Of a stretch of 64,000 nucleotides of DNA, positions 42,261-56,334 are shown piece after piece; within the stretch, counting starts at the first letter, position 1, and each line of letters begins with the position of its first letter. Under the pieces are notes generated by a model that searched no databases, was not told the origin of the DNA, and worked only from the letters and a program-made list of their open reading frames with translations. The position numbers and the translations under genes were made by a program. This DNA is from Chrysomallon squamiferum (lineage: Eukaryota > Animalia > Mollusca): the NCBI GenBank assembly GCA_012295275.1, contig CM022675.1, forward strand, positions 8,618,001 through 8,682,000, given 5' to 3'.

Positions 42261-43561
42261 TCAGATTTGAAAACTCTGAATGAAACTAAGAAGAGACATT
42301 TCTAAATTGTGGATTTAAAAAAAAAAAGAAAATAAAGGAAAAACAGGATTCAACATTACAAAATTAAAAGTTTCACAAAGAAAAACTGAAGAAATTTTGT
42401 TCCACAAATCTGGACATTCTAAATTCAGGATTTACCAAACAAAAGGAATAAGAAGATATTTTGATAGACAAACTGGAACATTACTAATTTCAGGATTTCA
42501 CAAACAATTGAAAACAGAAGTACTTAACATTGTATTCCACATGGTGGACATTACATTTGATCAAGGATTTACATTTTGATTGAGAAAAGCTGCAGAAGAA
42601 TTCTTTTACAAATGTGAGGTGAATTCTGGGATACAGACATTTAAAATGTTGTGATTTTCATATTTGGATATTTTCCACAAGATGTACTGATGTCTGTCTG
42701 TCTCTTGGGTAAGTTAAAGTTTTCTCATATAATGTTTTTATTTTTAAAATTAATTGTATTACTATATCAGCTACTTATTTATTTATTATCTTCACTATTC
42801 ATTTTTATATATTTATTGATAATATAATTATCATCGTCATTATTGTTATTTTATTTCCTTTTTATTTTATTTATTTATTTTCAAAACTTTATTTTTTTTA
42901 TTGTCATTATGGTTATAATCATTTAATCATTATTATCACCAGCTTTTATCATCATCATAATTATTATTTTAATCATCATCATCATCATCATCATCATCAG
43001 TACTTCATATGTGTTTATAACAGTTTTTATTATTAATTTTCATTTTATTGTTGTCATACATTTTATTTGAAATTCACACACCCACCCATACATGTACAAA
43101 CATACCCATATATATATATCAACTTTTAACATACCTACATGTACACATACCCATACACACACACATATACACAGACATAAGCATATATATTATATATTAA
43201 CCCACAACTTTTACATACATCTACATGCACATGAACACACATACTCACACACACACCAAATTCAAATAAATGTATTTCACAATCCAACCAGTGCTACATC
43301 TAGATGTATCAAAAGGTCATTTGGTACACCTGTATTTTCCAACCTGTGGGAAGGTGCATGTGAATGTTCCCTAGCTGTAAAGCGTCACTAATATCTCACA
43401 GAACTCAAGAATTCACTGTTTTCATACAAAAAGTTACCTGACACTAAGTTACATTTTCAGAATGTTAACATTAGTGTCAAAGTAGAAAAAAAAATTAAAA
43501 TATTATTCAGTAATTACATACATGAATACACCCAAGTAAATACAAAATACCCAAATATATA

Positions 43562-43611
<50 letters not shown>

Positions 43612-45375
43612 AACAGAAACATATCTTCAGTTACATTAGGTATGGAAATAAAAATAATTGAAAAGAAAATTTAAAAAAAAAAAGAAAACAAAAAAAATTT
43701 AACACTTAAAGTTGCTAACATATTGCCAAACTGGTGGTTGACATTTTGCATATTTTAGTGTCATGGAATGAATTTAATTTTCTCCTTTTTTTTTTTTTTT
43801 CTCTCTCTCTCTTTCTGTTTTCTTTAAAAAAGCTTGAATTTCCATTTCAAAATATACAGAAAAATGTTTAATAAAAAATGAAAAATTCTGGTTATTTGAA
43901 ATAATGATAATGATAATGAGGAAAACAACAAAAGTAGCAATAGTAATAGTAGAAATACTAATATTAATAGCAATTGTAGAAATTGTGGAAGTAGTAATAG
44001 AAGTAGTCATAAAAGTAGTACAATAGTATTGGTAATAGTAGTAATAGTATTGGTAATAGTTGTAATAATAGTTGTAGTAATTGTAGAAGTAATAATAGAG
44101 GTAAAAGTAGTAGTAATAATAGTATTGTTAACACTAGTAGTAGTAATAACAGTAGTTAGCAGTAATAATAAATGTAACAGTAGTAGAAGTAGTATTGGGA
44201 GTGTCATTTGCAATATCATTCGTTGTGGCAGTAGTAATGTTGTAGTTGGGGTAGTTTTGGTAGTAATAATAGTTGTTAAAGTTGTTTAAGTAATAAAATA
44301 AAAAATAAAAATTTAATTATGTGTCTGCCATTATTTAATATCATCACTGCCATTTTATAAAAATATATTTTGGAGGTATTGAGTTATGTAAATATTCAAA
44401 TTCCATGTTTTATCACCTTCATTATCATACCCCTCCCATTTTCACTGTCACTGAGTTTTATCATGTTGAATATGGATAACTTCTGTAAATTTTGAAGACA
44501 TTTCATTAACTTCTTCGATGTAGGTTTCAGAAAAATCCATCAAAAAGCATTTTTAGCTTTAGAAATTCATGATTGCCTTTTTTAAATTTTGGTATCATTA
44601 GTTAAGTATTCATGAAACCTTTTTCATTAAGAATGCAAAAATATAAAATATGAATTGTTTGTTTTGTGACTTAATACTTGATTCATTGTGTACAGTCCCA
44701 GATGTCATGTTACAGAATAAAATGTGACATCTATTATTAACATTTTTTTTAAACTTTTTTTTTATTAGATTTTAATTTTTACAACATCAGTTCAAATGTT
44801 AGGTCACTGTTACAATTTGTTTTGCATCCATATTTGTTTTCTTTTGGTCACAGTATTGGTTAAAAAAAAAAACCTTTTACACAGGAAATTTCCATCACCT
44901 TTGTGAAAATAGTTTGTACTAATATTTTATGCAACTTATTTATAAAATATTGTTAAAAATGATTTCAGCTTTATTTAAACTTTCTACATCAAGATGAATA
45001 TAAACCTGTTGCCATAGTGATAGTGGCAACTTGAAATGTCTAACAGCACTCAAGATTTGAACTTTATAGTGATAATGTAATGTAATGTGAGCAGAGCAAA
45101 TTAAAATGTATCTTTGAGTTAATTAACTTGCCAGTTTCTTCTCTGCCATTTATCAGTAAAAATTAGAACTGGTAAATGTTTTTATTACCAACCTGCATGG
45201 GGCTATTTTTGTTTACATTTTATTTTTATTTTTTTTTTTTTTTTTTTGAGTAATTTATCATTGAAGAAAGACAGATGTCATTTGATTAATTTCACTGTAT
45301 AAAAATACATCTTGAAACTTTATTTTTTTAAATTTATTTATTTATTTATTTTATTTATTTATTTAGTTATTTATT

Positions 45376-45410
<35 letters not shown>

Positions 45411-45443
45411 GTTATTTATTTATTTAGTTATTTATTTATTTTT

Positions 45444-45502
<59 letters not shown>

Positions 45503-46149
45503 TATTTTTTATTTATTATTATATTAAATATTTTCTCCATTTCTGAGCTAGTAATTTATATGGATATTAAGAATACATATTTTTTTTAACAGTCTGATGT
45601 GAAACTGAAGGAATACTGTTAGTATTCTGATCATTCTTATTGCACACACACATGCACATACATACACAGATTTGCATTTATAAGCTCAAATATACATATA
45701 TCACACAAACAGACACACACACACACACACATACATATCTACTCAGATATACCACATTATCTCAGGTACAAGTCACATTTTTTTAATATTATCAACATTA
45801 AGTATGAAAAGCTGATATTGTAAATACAACAGCCCTGAAGCTTATTTTCTCAATTTGATACCATCCAGTTTAATAAATACTTGAGTTTTAACCTGATATG
45901 CGTATGCTCATAATTCACTTGTGTCAATAAATGTGTCAAACTGGTAATTTGTTTTCTCAGACAATACCCACGAGACACTAATGTTCAGTATCAGTATATA
46001 TATATGTATTCCATGTATATTTGTTTTAATTAATTATGTACCAGTTTTCGAGGTAAAAAAAATTCAGGTTAATTTCTAACTTTTTACATATTTCATTGTT
46101 TTGGCATGAATTTAATGTTCTGTATTCTTCAGTTATCAAAATATTTTGT

Positions 46150-46850
46150 GTATATTTGTCTGTCTGTCTGTCTGTCTGTCTGTGTCTGTCTGGTTCATTT
46201 TCCTTATCAGTCTATGTCTCATCTCTCTTTTGTGTCTCATTTGTTCTCCTTCTTTGATTCTTCTTCCTTTCCTTTTTCTTTTTCTGTTTTTTCTTTCTTT
46301 TTTATCTTTTCTTTCTCATTGTTTTTTTCTTTCTTTCTTATTCTTCCTATTTCTCTCTACTATTTTGACTTTTTCTCTTCTGTGCTATTTCTTCATGTTT
46401 TTTTTTTTTTTTTTTCATTCTCTCCAATCTCAGAATACTTCCATTTGTCCACCTTTCGTTTTAACAAACTTTTTCTTTCTTTCTCTTACTGTAACATCTC
46501 TTTTTGTCTGTGTGTTTCTCTTTCACCTTTCTCTCTCTCTCTCACCTTTCTTTTTTCTTGTCTCTTTCTGTGGCTCAATTTCTTACATTTTCTATTTCTC
46601 TATCTTTCTGTCTCTCTGTCTCTCATGTCTCTCTATTTCTCTTTCTCTGACCCTTTCTTTTTCTCTATCTCTTTATCTGTCCATTTCTCTTTTTCTCTCA
46701 ATCTCTTTTTATTTCTCATGATCTGTTTCTCTTTACCCGTGTCCATCTCTCTGTCTCTCTCCTACTGTCTTTCTTTATCTCTCTACCTCTGTGACTCTGT
46801 CTCTCTGTCTTTCCTCTATCTTTCTGTCATTCTCTCTATCTCTGTTTCTT

Positions 46851-46920
<70 letters not shown>
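46150..46920. repeat. CT-rich low-complexity tract ending in (CT)n
   Basis: Direct reading. Explains the 248-aa and 191-aa spurious ORFs. Confidence 0.9.
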
Positions 46921-46923
<3 letters not shown>

Positions 46924-47349
46924 GGCTCTCTCTTTCTTCTCAAACCATTTCATTATCTCTCTGTCTATATCACTTCAATCTTCTTTTTATTAAAAACATT
47001 TTTTTTTTTTTTTAAATATCTTTTTTCTTGTTATTATCCTGTCATTTATGTACCCTCTAATTTTTATGTTTTTTTTCCTTTTTTTCAAACATTTTTGGCG
47101 GCAACAGACTAAAGCCTATAATACATGTTCCAATTCAGATTATAATCAGTTGGTGACTTTGTGCAATAAACACCACAAGCAGTGAAGTTACTGAGGTGTG
47201 AAGTTCACTGTTAGACAGGAATTTTTTTTTAGGGTCACACAATGAAATGGTCAGTGAACAGGTAACTTAAAAAAAAAAAAAAAAAAGAAAAAAAGAAAAG
47301 GTTTTCAAGATACTATCAGAAATAAACTAAACTCTCTCAATGCCAGAAG

Positions 47350-47910
47350 TCAAGTTTAAACTTTGATGTTGAACTGTGCGATTTAATTAGGTTTATTAGT
47401 TACTGTCTTATTATTATTATTATTGGTGTGAACTAAAAAAAAAAAAAAAAAAAAGTTTTAAACTTTGAAGTAAATTTATCAGTTTAATTATAATTATTAG
47501 TAAGATCCTCTGTGAAGTTAAAAGGTTTATAAACTTTGAATTTGGACCTTGCGAATTAAGTTTATTAGTAAAATATTATTATTATTATTATTATTATTGG
47601 TGCCAAAAAAAAAAATAAAAAATGTTTTCAACTTTGAAGTAAGTTTATCATTTTAATTATATTTATTAGTAAGATCCTATGTGAAGTTAAAAGGTTTATA
47701 AACTGTTAAGTTAAAGGGTTTACTAGCTTTGAAATTGGACTCTATGACTTTGTTAGGTTTATTAGTAAAATTTTATGCTTGCTGGTGGTTTAAACTTAAA
47801 TATAAAATGTCTGTACTTTATTAAAAACATTATTTAAATCTTACAGTTTAACAATTTGAATTTAAAAATATTGCAAACTCTGAAGTTGGACCTTTCAACT
47901 TAACTCAGTT
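47350..47910. repeat. Local duplication (~175 bp) and degenerate aaactttgaa repeats
   Basis: ttattagtaagatcct.tgtgaagttaaaaggtttataaact appears twice (about 47494 and 47663). Confidence 0.7.
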
Positions 47911-49533
47911 TTTATTTAAAATAAATAAATTAATAAACAAAATTTAAAAAAAAAATTAATAATAAAAAACAACTTCAATAATAAAAATAGATTAATAATA
48001 ATAATAATAATAATAAAATTAAATACATAAAAATAATAAAATAAAATAAAATAAAATAAAATAACTTGACAAAAAAAGTCAAAATAGTTTGAACTCTTTT
48101 TATTCTGCTGTTGTAAGCTCAATTAATCTTAACAGAATTTTCTGTTGGCTAAAAGAAATATGATCTCTGAAAATCTCTCCTCCATGTTAATCTGTCTGCA
48201 GATTAACCTCATTCAAAATGTTTACCATATTTATTCAACCTTTATTGGTAATCCCACACTCATATTTATATTTGTGTGGGTAATGCGATATTCCTGTTTC
48301 CATGGTGACATTTGCATATACATAAGTACAGATACTTATATTTTCAGGGGAGAGAGAGTGTGTGTGTTTTACAGTTTATGGCTCGCAATAAATATTAATT
48401 GTTATCCCCTGGGGTAGGAAACAGTTTTTATATAATATATTTTTTTAATTTTGTTCTTTTGGGTATATTTTCTATAAAAAAAAGTATCCATTTAAGCCTG
48501 TCGAAAGGATAATTTTTGTAGGAAAGTTTTGAAAACAGTAGCCCATAGTTACTATTTATGCATCTAGATTTTATCTACTTTCAATAACTTAATTTTTTAC
48601 ATTGAATATTTAAACATGCTACATCCATGAGAATTTTTTAATGCTATAATCTTTGCCCAATATCTCACTTTCCTAGCTTTAGCTGTATTTTAAATCCTTT
48701 GTTGTTGTTTTTTAATTTTAAATTTAAAAATTACACTATTATGTCTTCTGCTGTATTTTGAATATTTAAACAGTATTATGTTTTCTCAGTAATTGTATTT
48801 TTAATATTTTCCTAAACTGTATTTTAAATATTTAAATAATATGCTACTATCCCTACAGCTGTTCATTAAATATTTAAACAATATTCTATTTTCCCAATAA
48901 CTACTGTATTTTAATATTTTCCTAATACTCTTATTTTATGTATTTAAACAGTATACTACTTTCCATACAAATGTTTTCTTTTTCTTTCTTTCTTTTTCAA
49001 TATTCAAACAAAATCCTGTTTACCTACAACTGTAACCAAATATTATAAGAAGATACTACATTCTGTTCAACTGCCTTTATTAACTACTGGTTTACTGATG
49101 ATACTTTCCACACTGCAGTCTCAAGTTTAAACAGACAGCCTTACAGTGTACATTTAATTCAACACCAGTGTGTTTTACTCTGACAAACACACACTTCTAA
49201 GTCTCTCAGTCCTGTTGACACACATTCCACAAGATGGTCACTGATGCGTTTGGTAAATGGAGAATTGGAGAATTCATGGCGAAGATAGACACCGAATGTA
49301 AACAGGCTGGAAACCTAATTGAAGACTGGATAGCATTAATCCCCACTTTGATATAGACGGAGTGTGTCAATAGGCTTCCAGTTAATGAACAACCTGATCA
49401 GAATAAGTGAATCCATTACCAGTTAATGAACAACCAAGGGATCAGAATAAAACTACAGAGAGAAAGAATCCATTATCATATGTATGTAGGTTGTTAGTGA
49501 GTTGACTGAAATCCACAAGGGTTGAAATAAAAC

Positions 49534-49730
<197 letters not shown>

Positions 49731-50189
49731 AATAAATTCATTATCATACATATAGACTGGTAGTCCACTGAAATAGACTGCTATTATCTGAAATCCAGAA
49801 AAATGTAAAAGAGAGAGACAGACTTAGGCTGAAAGAGGTAAAATACACAGAAAAAACAGATGAACAGAGACAGAGAGGGACATAGAATAATTTATAAAGT
49901 TTAATCTGCATGTTTATTAAAAACATTTCTTACAAATTAGGTCTATCATTGAGGATTTTAAAAAGTAGAAGCTGACATGTTTTGTTATTTCCACAGACAT
50001 GAACCCGATTTCATTAACCCACACACAATGGAGGAAAAAATGTTTTATTTTCAGTCTATGGTTTACATTTCACCAAACAGATGAAATACAGCCCATCTTC
50101 TGCTGTTACATGATTGATTATTCTTGTTGTGTAATTAGAAGCAAATGATCTACTGTGATGTGTCTTTATTCATACACCAGAATGAGATA

Positions 50190-50560
50190 TGAAAAATTCT
50201 GCCACATAAGTTATTTTGTTCTATTAGCAGCAAGGGATCTTTTCCTCTTTCTAAATCTAGATAGGAAAGAAATAAAACTTTGATGGTCTTATTCATTACA
50301 TTTTTAAACCAAAATTATTATGGGTTCAGGAATTATAGGAAAAAGAAGAAACCTGCTACATCCATACAAGTTACTCTTTTTTGTTGTTATTGTAAATAAC
50401 AAAGAAGTTTATATAAGAACTATCCCACTGTCAGGAGATCATATATCAAGGTCTTAATTTTGTTTAGTTTTGGAGCACTTGTTGGAATGAGAAATTGGTA
50501 GTAGGTTAACAACTGGATTGATTCTTACTGTTAGACAAGTCTTTTACTAGTAAATCTAGA
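50190..50560 (-). mobile_element. One or two degraded inverted SINE-like copies
   Basis: The reverse complements aaaagatcccttgctgctaatag (50221-43) and ..tctcctgacagtgggatag (about 50420-40) match the 36.1 kb copy. Confidence 0.5.
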
Positions 50561-51790
50561 TGATTGCTACTGTACTAGAGGAAACAAGATGTTCAGTTGC
50601 TTAGTTACACAGTTTTGATTTAGATGTATGTTTGAGTCATAAGTAGGTTGTCTTGATGACCAAGCCTGTAAATAATAAAATAACCTTATTCTATTATTAT
50701 TATTGTTGTTACTATTGTCATCACCATCATCATCATCATTGTTATTATTATTGCTCTTCTTTTTCTTCTTCTTCTTACTGTGTTATTTGTATTATTTATT
50801 TATTTATTTATTTATTTTGTTAATGGTTTTTAACTATAAAAAAAAATCATGTGTTTAAACAAATTTCGTAAAAATAAAATACTAAAAGCAATAACAATGA
50901 TGACGATGAAAAAAAAGAAGACAAAGAAGAAGAAGAACAGCAACAACAACATCTGTTATACCACTGATAACATCCTGTCAGCCATCATGTATTTGTATTC
51001 TCCTTTTATTTTCCTCCATCATTTTCAGCTCATCAGTTGCTTTGAAGTGTCCATACTGCCAAGTGTTACATAAACCACTAAAGAACAATATAATTACACA
51101 ATAAAATTCAATCTTCTAGCAAGCCCCAGGGGCAGATCTATTTGTGATGCCTCTGATTCTGTGGGCTTTTTTTATTTATTTATTTTTTCACCCCAGGGAG
51201 TTGTTTAATTGATTCCTCCCCAGGGAAAACATTGATTAAATAACTACCCATCAGCCTCCCTCCATTCAGGGCAGCTCTTTGATGTGACAGGTCGAGTGGG
51301 TGTGGCTGATCCCTAAATCACTGTGCGATTTCTGGCTTTTATGTCTTATTAATGTAAAAAGTGATTTTGTGTAAAGTGTTTTTGTGATATGTGAGGTTAT
51401 GAAGAAATTTATTTTAATGTGTTATGTAAAAGTGATTCTACATTATATATTAGATTGTTTTATATAACATTATGAACAAATTTACTTTAAATAAATTATG
51501 TAGTTATGTAAAGGATCTTCAAATATGTTAAAATTTTAATGTACAGTTTTGAACAAATTTATTTTAAATAAATTGTTTAGTTATGGAAAAATGGTTTTAT
51601 GTAAAGGATCTTGTTATATATCAGATTTTTAATGAACAGATATGAAAAGATTCATTTTAAAATAAAGTATCTTAAAGTAAAATTCATTAAATTTAAAACT
51701 AACATGTTGCATTTACATTTTTAAGTGAGCTTGTGAAGAAATTGATTTTAGAAACTAAATTATATATCTTATTAATGTAAAAGTAATGAA

Positions 51791-51826
<36 letters not shown>

Positions 51827-53496
51827 AAATATTGAAAAATATGTATAATCACACAAAAACACAAGCATAATATTAACAATATAAAAAACTTTTAAATAAT
51901 AAATGTGAATAGTGCATACTATTTTACATAAAAACACATTATTCATGAAATACTGACTGATATATATATATATATACACATCTACATAGATACACACAGA
52001 TATACATACATTATTATTATTTTAAATATATTGCATTCAGTGTAATGTTAAATGGTTGTCTTTAAAATATTTTAAATCTTTACATTTATATTTCAATGTT
52101 TTTCTTCTTGTCTTTTTAAGGGTTGTTTTTTGTTTGTGTGTGGGGTTTTAATATCTTTTTATATCTCTTTTTTTATCTATTTTTCTTTCATTCATGTATC
52201 TTTATTCTCTCTTTCTTTGTCTCTTTATCTTCATGTCTTCCTATTTCTTTCTCTCACTCTTGTTTACTCTTCATTTTTCTGTTATATGTTCCTTCGTTTC
52301 TTTTTCACTCCTCTGATACACCCTTGTTTTCTTTTTCTGTTATTTTATCTTTGTTTTTCTCTCTCTTTTTGTCACACACATCTTCTTATTTCTTCCATCC
52401 ATCCCTCTCTCTGTCTGTCTGTCTCATTATCTGTCTACCAATCTGTGTATCTGTCTGTGAGCATGTCTGTCTGTATATCTGTCTGTCTGTCAGTCTTTCT
52501 CTGTTTACCTGCCTGTCTTTTATTTTCTTTATTGTTTTATCTTTACCTCTCAGATACATTGGGTTTCTTCTTCTTTTTTTTTTATCTTCTTTCATTTAGA
52601 TTTTTTTTAACCTTTTTTTATTCTTCTGTCTATCTGTATCTATTCACCATTTATTTCTCTTTGTTGGTTTGTGTTTATCAATGCTTTGTTTCTTATTCAT
52701 GTTTTCCTGACTTTTTTTTGGATTGTTTCTAAACTTTTTTTATTCTGTCTGTCTGTCTGTCTGTCTGTCATGTATCCCAGTGCTCACTCAGACATGCTCA
52801 GTGCACCTTTAGACATTAATTCACATTGTCTGTCCCTCTTCATTGCAACTAAATTCATATAATTGTGTCTATTGTGTCTGTATATCGCCTTATTTCATGC
52901 ATTTTGTTTACAGATAACATTAGCACTCTGTATTCATCTGTTAAGTTTTTTGTATTAAATACACACACACACACACATACACACACATATATATACACAG
53001 TCATTCATATATTTATTTTGCCTTAGGGCTGAAGAAGACTGATAAAATCTTACACATAAAGCTACACAGTGTGAATTATTTGAATTTCTTCCTTATATCT
53101 GTATAAGTTTAAAAAAAAAAGAAAAAAAAAAGAACAAAACATTTCCTTTAAATCTGATAACATTTCTACTTGCATGAATCAGATTATGGGGATAGATAAT
53201 TTTTTATTTTATTTTTTTGGTTTGGCTGGGATTAATGCTTGTCCAGGCCTTTCTAGAATTGAAAGCAAAATAGGAAATGGAACAGTTTGTTGCTTATTGG
53301 TTGGTGGTTGTGGGTGCAAGATTGCTCTTCCTCTGTGTATGAATTTTAAAGTTTTCCATTATAGTATTTCTTGACTGGTTTATCTGGTGTGTGATGTCCT
53401 GCAAGTTGACCTAAACTTTCAGCCTGAAAACAGAAAATAGTTTTTTTAATAGGTGCATACAAAGAAAACATTGGCATACTCATTACCATCAAGATA

Positions 53497-53555
<59 letters not shown>

Positions 53556-53648
53556 GATGGTTTTAGTTTTCAACACTTACAAATAAAGTAGAAGCAGAAA
53601 TAGAATCCTGATACATTATATTAGAAAAAACAAAAAATAAAAAAGTAA

Positions 53649-53737
<89 letters not shown>

Positions 53738-53994
53738 ATCTATCTGTCTAACCCCTTGATATTCATTTTTCTCCAAAAACTAGAACTCTAGGTCATGAAC
53801 ACACATTTGCACCAGTTACAAGACTTGAACTCTTAGTCTTCAGTTCACTGAACTTTGCCCTGTTAAATCAGCACATTCTGAATACTAGAGTCCTCAAACA
53901 CACTATTGTTGTAAGGTTTAATCAGTCAGACAGACACAATTAAATAATACATCTACTCGCACAGTTGGAAATCTCATACTTACATAGTACATTT

Positions 53995-54890
53995 ACTCTG
54001 ATTGGATAATTCCTCAGAAGTACCTTAAGCCTGATTGGATAATGCCTCTGAAGTATATTAATGCTGATAGGACAATGCCTTACAAAAACATTAAATCTGA
54101 TTGGATGGTGTTATTATAACATTAATCCTCACTGGAAAATGTCTTACAAATACACTGGATGGTGTCTTACAAAAACATTAACCCTAACTGGATAATGTCT
54201 TACTATAACATTAACCTTAATTGGATAATGTTTTACTGTAACATTAACCCTGATTGGATAATGTCTTACTATAACATTAACCCTGATTGGATAATGTCTT
54301 ATTGTAACATTAACCCTGATTGGATAATGTCTTACAATAACATTAACCCTAATTGGATAATGTCTTACTGTAACATTAACCCTGATTGGATAATGTCTTA
54401 TTGTAACATTAACCCTGATTGGATAATGTTTTACTATAACATTAAACCTGATTGGATAATGTGTTATTGTAACATTAACCCTGATTGGATAATGTTTTAC
54501 TATAACATTAACCCTGATTGGATAATGTCTTATTGTAACATTAAACCTAACTGGATAATGTCTTACTATAACATTAAACCTAATTGGATAATGACTTACT
54601 ATAACATTAACCCTAATTGGATAAAGTCTTACTATAACATTAACCCTAATTGGATAAAGTCTTACTATAACATTAACCCTGATTGGATAATGTCTTACAA
54701 TAACATTAACCCTAATTGGATAATGACTTACTGTAACATTAACCCTAATTGGATAATGTCTTACAATAACATTAACCCTAACTAGATAATGACTTACTAT
54801 AACATTAACCCTAATTGGATAATGTCTTACAATAACATTAACCCTGATTAGATGGTGTGCCACAATCACATTAACCCTAATCTGCTAATG
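53995..54890. repeat. 33-bp minisatellite (ataatgtcttactataacattaaccctgattgg), roughly 25 copies
   Basis: Exact 33-bp period in 54180-54850 with degenerate flanks. Gives 11-aa-periodic ORFs on both strands. Confidence 0.95.
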
Positions 54891-55958
54891 TCTAACACTA
54901 CTGATTAAGTGTGATTAACATTCTTGGGTGAATTGATTGTGATTGGCTAATGGCCTCAGTCTCAGTAAGGGGGCCTGACTTTGGAGTCATCAAGAACAGA
55001 TTTCTGTTATCTCTTCATTTAGATACTTTTCCTGATAACAGCATCTTCATCGGCAGTGATTTTGTAAACACGTGGACAACAACATTCATTAAATTCAGAG
55101 TATATAGTTACGTTACTACAGCAGCAACAACACTGACTGCAGTAAAATGTTTATATACAGTCACAGCTACAGTTACTATAATGTTAACAGGGGGATAGAA
55201 TATTTACATTCTTAATAAGATAACTAGTTAATTATATATATATATATAAAATTATAATTATAAAACTACAATAGTAACTATAATACAGTGTTTTCATACA
55301 GTAACAAAATAACAATAGGATTGCAATAAAATATTTTTAACTATGGTTAAATATTTCACAACAATAGTGACTTACACTCACAAAACCACAGCAGTAATGA
55401 CTCTAGTTTCACTGGTAAAAAAAAGAAATATTTCTTATCTGAAATTCTGAAATGCCAGTATCTCTGAAAGGACAAGTTTTATTTTTTGGGGGGTCTGTCA
55501 GGGTTGTGATATGTTGTCTGTCTGATACCCCAGTGAATACAGTACTTTGTTTCCTGCAGATAGCTAGTTTCAAAATACTGTATAAAATTACCTAGAGGCT
55601 GTGAGTGGAAGTTGTGATAAAATAAACAGATTTTGAGTTTAGATAAAGGTCCTTCTGCTGTTTTATTTCATTTATATATACATATATGTACGTACACACG
55701 TATATTTGAGAACAATCTTTGAATTAACTGCATCATCAAATCTTCAGTAATAGTGACTCATTCCCAAAATTACATTTCTACAACAACAAAATAAATAAAT
55801 AATTATAATAACACATCACTTCCAAGCAACATTCTAATCTTTGTTGTGATGACTTAACTGCTGCATAAAGTAATCATTACTTTCTTTTTTATCTTTTAGT
55901 CCATTCTAACTACATGTACATACCATATAGTTATTAACAAACCATTGGTATTTTTTTT

Positions 55959-55993
<35 letters not shown>

Positions 55994-56282
55994 CTCGATT
56001 CAGTAAGCTTCGAGTATTAATACCCAGGTTTCACTGACACCTAGTGATTAATGGAATGTTGGGGTATTATTTTTTTTTTTCCCGTTCCGATATTGGTTTA
56101 CCTTCCTGTCGAGTGATACTGGTGTTTAAGCCTGTTTCCATTGTTTGGGAGTACAGGAGAAGTGAGGTGTAAAAAAAACATTAGTTTCTTAGTTGGAGTT
56201 TATTTGAGCCTTCAACTTACCTTCTGAAGACATAAGAATGATAAAGCAGTTTTTCTTATACATAGGGCCTGTACTTTTTCTC

Positions 56283-56334
<52 letters not shown>

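Noticed and set aside
50498-51290. Partial matches to let-7 (ggtagtaggtt) and to the reverse of miR-745/22-like gagctgcc
   Set aside because: Only 8-11 nt matches with no precursor hairpin. The first lies inside a SINE-like remnant.
54144-54869. 241-aa (-) and 208-aa (+) repetitive ORFs
   Set aside because: They are by-products of a 33-bp (11-codon) minisatellite lacking stops in those frames, with no flanking unique coding sequence or splice support.
56210-56228. Strong minus-strand donor AAG|GTAAGT (also one at about 6440)
   Set aside because: No matching acceptor or ORF. Isolated donors are expected by chance.
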